From: Mobula hypostoma | Taxonomy: Eukaryota | NCBI RefSeq assembly: GCF_963921235.1 | Contig: NC_086121.1 | Span: 17,546,001-17,610,000, forward strand | Direction of reading: 5' to 3' | DNA: 64,000 nucleotides | In this document: in pieces, positions 60,784 to 64,000 of the stretch | How positions within the stretch are numbered: the stretch's first letter is position 1 | Layout of the letters: every line of letters begins with the position of its first letter | Notes under the pieces: generated by a model | What the model was told of the DNA's origin: nothing | Database searches by the model: none | The model's input: the letters and a program-made list of their open reading frames with translations, nothing else | Made by a program: the position numbers and the translations under genes

Positions 60784-62397
60784 CAGTGGCATGCAAAAGT
60801 TTGGGCACCCCTGGCCAAAATTCCTGTTACTGTGAATAGCTTAGCAAGTAAAAGATGACCTGATTTCCAAAAGGCATAAAGTTAAAGATGACACATTTCT
60901 TTAATATTTTAAGCAAGATTACTTTTTTATTTCCATCTTTTACAGTTTCAGAATAACAAAAAAGGAAAAGGGCCTGAAGCAAGAGTTTGGGCACCCTGCA
61001 TGGTCAGTACTTAGTAACACCCCCTTTGGCAAGTATCACAGCTTGTAAACGCTTTCTGTAGCCAGCTAAGAGTATTTCAGTTCTTGTTTGGGGAATTTTC
61101 ACCCATTCTTCCTTGCAAAAGGCTTCTAGTTCTGTGAGATTCTTGGGCCGTCTTGCATGCACTGCTCTTTTGAGGTCTATCCACAGATTTTTGATTATGT
61201 TTAGGTCAGGGGACTGTGAGGGCCATGGCAAAACCTTCAGCTTGCGCCTCTTGAGGTAGTCCATTGTGGATTTTGAGGTGTGTTTAGGATCATTACCCTG
61301 TTGTAGAAGCCATCCTCTTTTCATCTTTGGCTTTTTTACAGACGGTGTGATGTTTGCTTCCAGAATTTGCTGGTATTTAATTGAATTCATTCTTCCATCT
61401 ACCAGTGCAATGTTCCCTGTGCCACTGGCTGCAACACAAGCTCAAAGTATGATCGATCCACCCCCATGCTTAACAGTTGAAGAGGTGTTCTTTTCATGAA
61501 ATTTTGCACCCTTTTTTCTCCAAACATACCTTTGCTCATTGCAGCCAGAAAGTTCCATTTTAACTTCATCAGTCCACAGGACTTGTTTCCAAAATGCATC
61601 AGGCTTGTTTAGATGTTCCTTTGCAAACTTTTGATGCTGAATTTTGTGGCGAGGATGCAGGAAAGGTTTTCTTCTGATAACTCTTCCATGAAGGTCATAT
61701 TTGTGCAGGTGTCACTACACAGTAGAATAGTGTATCACCACTCCAGAGTCTGCTAAATTTTCCTGAAGGTCTTTTGCAGTCAAATGGGGGTTTTGATTTG
61801 CCTGTCTAGCAATCCTATGAGCAGTTCTCTCAGAAAGTTTTTTTGGTCTTCCAGACCTGAACTTGACCTCCATCGTTCCTGTTAACTGCCATTTCTTAAT
61901 TACATTACAGACTGAGGAAACGGCTACCTGAAAGCGGTTTGCTATCTTCTTATAGCCTTCTCCTGCTTTATGGGCATCATTTATTTTAATTTTCAGAGTG
62001 CTAGACAGCTGCTTAGAGGAGCCTATGGATGCTGATTGTTGGGACAAGGTTTGAGGAGTCAGGGTATTTATAAAGCTTTGAAATTTGCATCACCTGGCCT
62101 TTCCTAACGATGACTGTGAACAAGCCATAGCCCTAACAAGCTAATTAAGGTCTGAGACCTTGGTAAAAGTTATCTGAGAGCTCAAATTTCTTGGGGTGCC
62201 CAAACTTTTGCATGGTACTCCTTTTTACCCCACTCTAAAATTGTATAAAACAAAAATAATACACTAATCTTGCTTAAAATGTTGAAAAGAATATTTCATC
62301 TTTAACTTTGACTTTTGGGGATCAGTTCATCTTCTACTCAACTATTCACAGTAACAGAAATTTTGACTAGAGGTGCCCAAATTTTTGCATGCCACTG
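60784..62397 (-). mobile_element. Full-length (1614 bp) Tc1-like transposon, IR/DR type, inactivated transposase
   Basis: TA|cagtggcatgcaaaagtttgggcacc ... ggtgcccaaatttttgcatgccactg; internal DRs near 60981 and 62192; AGEGYKKIANRF, RSGRPKKLS, LLQQGNDPKH, WPSQSPDLNIIKNLW. Confidence 0.95.
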
Positions 62398-63684
62398 TTT
62401 GTCCTTAAGATAGCCTTTTTATGTGTAAGTCAAATTTCAGCACAGTCAATATTAAAAGCAAATATAAACAGATTTCTGGAATGTGAGACACCAACAACAG
62501 CCAAAATATTTGTACTTACATTTAACATGTTTATAAATTGTTAAACTTAAAATACTGCTCATTTACAGTTAAGACAGTAATGCATTGTATTTCCCTCAAA
62601 CATTTTTTTTCTTTCTGTCACTTTGTATTGTTAATTATTTATCAAGAAGCTAAAATTTGCAGATGTTCTCTACCTATTGGTGATACCTTAAGATCCTCCA
62701 GTTTAAAGAGGTACAAATTATAATAAATGAAGGAACCTTTTCAACTTGAATCAGCAAGTGATCTTATAAACCACTGACGGATCTCCCCACATTGTAGTGT
62801 GGTTGCTGAGTCCAGTCCATCTATTGGCACAGGTTGGGGGGTGGAGGAAAAGAAACTTTATTTAAAAGAATTATACAAACTCCCAAGTAAAGAAACTTAT
62901 TCTTGTTAAGGATGAGGAGTGTAAACATTAGTCTTCATGGTGGAACAGCACAGATGGTGTCTGTGAAAATCTATGGAAAGAATGCTGTTTTATTTTATAA
63001 ATGAGCTCTCTTGTCAGTCTGATTCCAGACAATTCATTATTTTTGACAAATTTTCCTTGGGTTACTGGGTTTCGCCTTCGATGGCTTAATGAAATGTATA
63101 AGCTTTTAATTTCATTGGTGGCAGGATGGATAAATGTACATTGGGCACTTGGAGTGGAAACATCAGCTGCTCAGGAAACCCCATTACCACTTCTGTGAAC
63201 AACTGGCCTTGTCTGCAACATCCGTGTCCCCAAAATTAATTTTTCAAATGAGCCGGAAACTTCAGGTTCGGCGGTCTGTGCTGCATTAGGTGTCCAGGTT
63301 GGGGCTCATTGTCTCCATTCTAGGAGTAGAAGTGATAATTAGCTGTGCCCTTGCTTGAAGTAGGTGCTGAGTGATTTTCCAAGATGCACTGCACTTGTGG
63401 GCATTGGATGCCAATAGGATTGAGGTATGAGCGTAAAGCCTGATGCTGTCAGGCACCTTTAAAATAACTGAACATCTCGTGGATGTTCAACAAGATTTAG
63501 TAACAAAGTTCAGTCAACATGGAGTGTGTTTAAGCAAGTGGGGGAAATCGCAAGGAAGCCTATATCAATGGTGAAGAGATTAAAATCTTGTTGTCCAGAC
63601 CCTGTTGTTTATAATAACTACTTGTGGCATTGGAAGTATCGAAGTCCCTTGGAAACTTGAGTGTGAGGCAAAAAATACCTGCAT

Positions 63685-64000
63685 ATTGCATCACTGATAT
63701 CTTTAACCTGTCACTTCGGCAGAATGAGGTAGCCACTTGCTTCAAGCAGGCTTCAGTTTTACTGGTGCCCAAGAGGAACGGGATAACCTGCCTCAGTGAC
63801 TATCATCCAGTAATACATCCAATGTGATGATGTTCTTTGAGAGGTTGGTGATGAAACAAGTCAACTCCTGTCTGAGAAGCTACTTGGGTCCTCTTCCAAT
63901 TTGCCTACTATCACAATAGGTCAATAGCACATGCCATTTCATTGGTTCTTCATTCAGCCCTGGAACATCGGGACAATGAAGATACAAACATTAGGATGCT
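63685..64000 (+). mobile_element. Rex1/Babar-like RT fragment, runs off the window
   Basis: ITDIFNLSLRQNEVATCFKQASVLLVPKRNGITCLSDYHPV; later caatttgcctac (QFAY). Confidence 0.8.

Noticed and set aside
52250-64000. KLHL21 coding exons expected from synteny
   Set aside because: No BTB or Kelch sequence recognised in the ORF track or by eye

Overview
Vertebrate genomic DNA, most likely a cartilaginous fish (ray/shark, inferred from the repeat families). It holds the conserved DNAJC11-THAP3-PHF13 block: the last four coding exons of DNAJC11 (+), a complete five-coding-exon THAP3 (-, 255 aa) and a complete four-exon PHF13 (-, 321 aa). All were reconstructed by hand with GT-AG boundaries and consistent phases. 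Much of the remainder is decayed transposable elements: CR1-type LINEs with esterase ORF1, Rex1/Babar-like fragments, V-SINEs, four Tc1 elements and a Tigger/pogo element with its MITE. The most interesting signal is a Penelope-like (GIY-YIG) retroelement family. It inserts as head-to-head inverted units with target-site duplications and shrinks to ~200-bp non-coding palindromes. Its terminal repeat carries a minimal type-I hammerhead ribozyme motif (CUGANGA-stem II-GAAA-NGUH). Eight motif copies are recognisable; three with intact cores lie sense within host introns, and one palindrome sits in the probable PHF13 3'UTR. No prokaryotic features or CRISPR arrays were seen. Repeat boundaries are approximate unless TIRs or TSDs are quoted.
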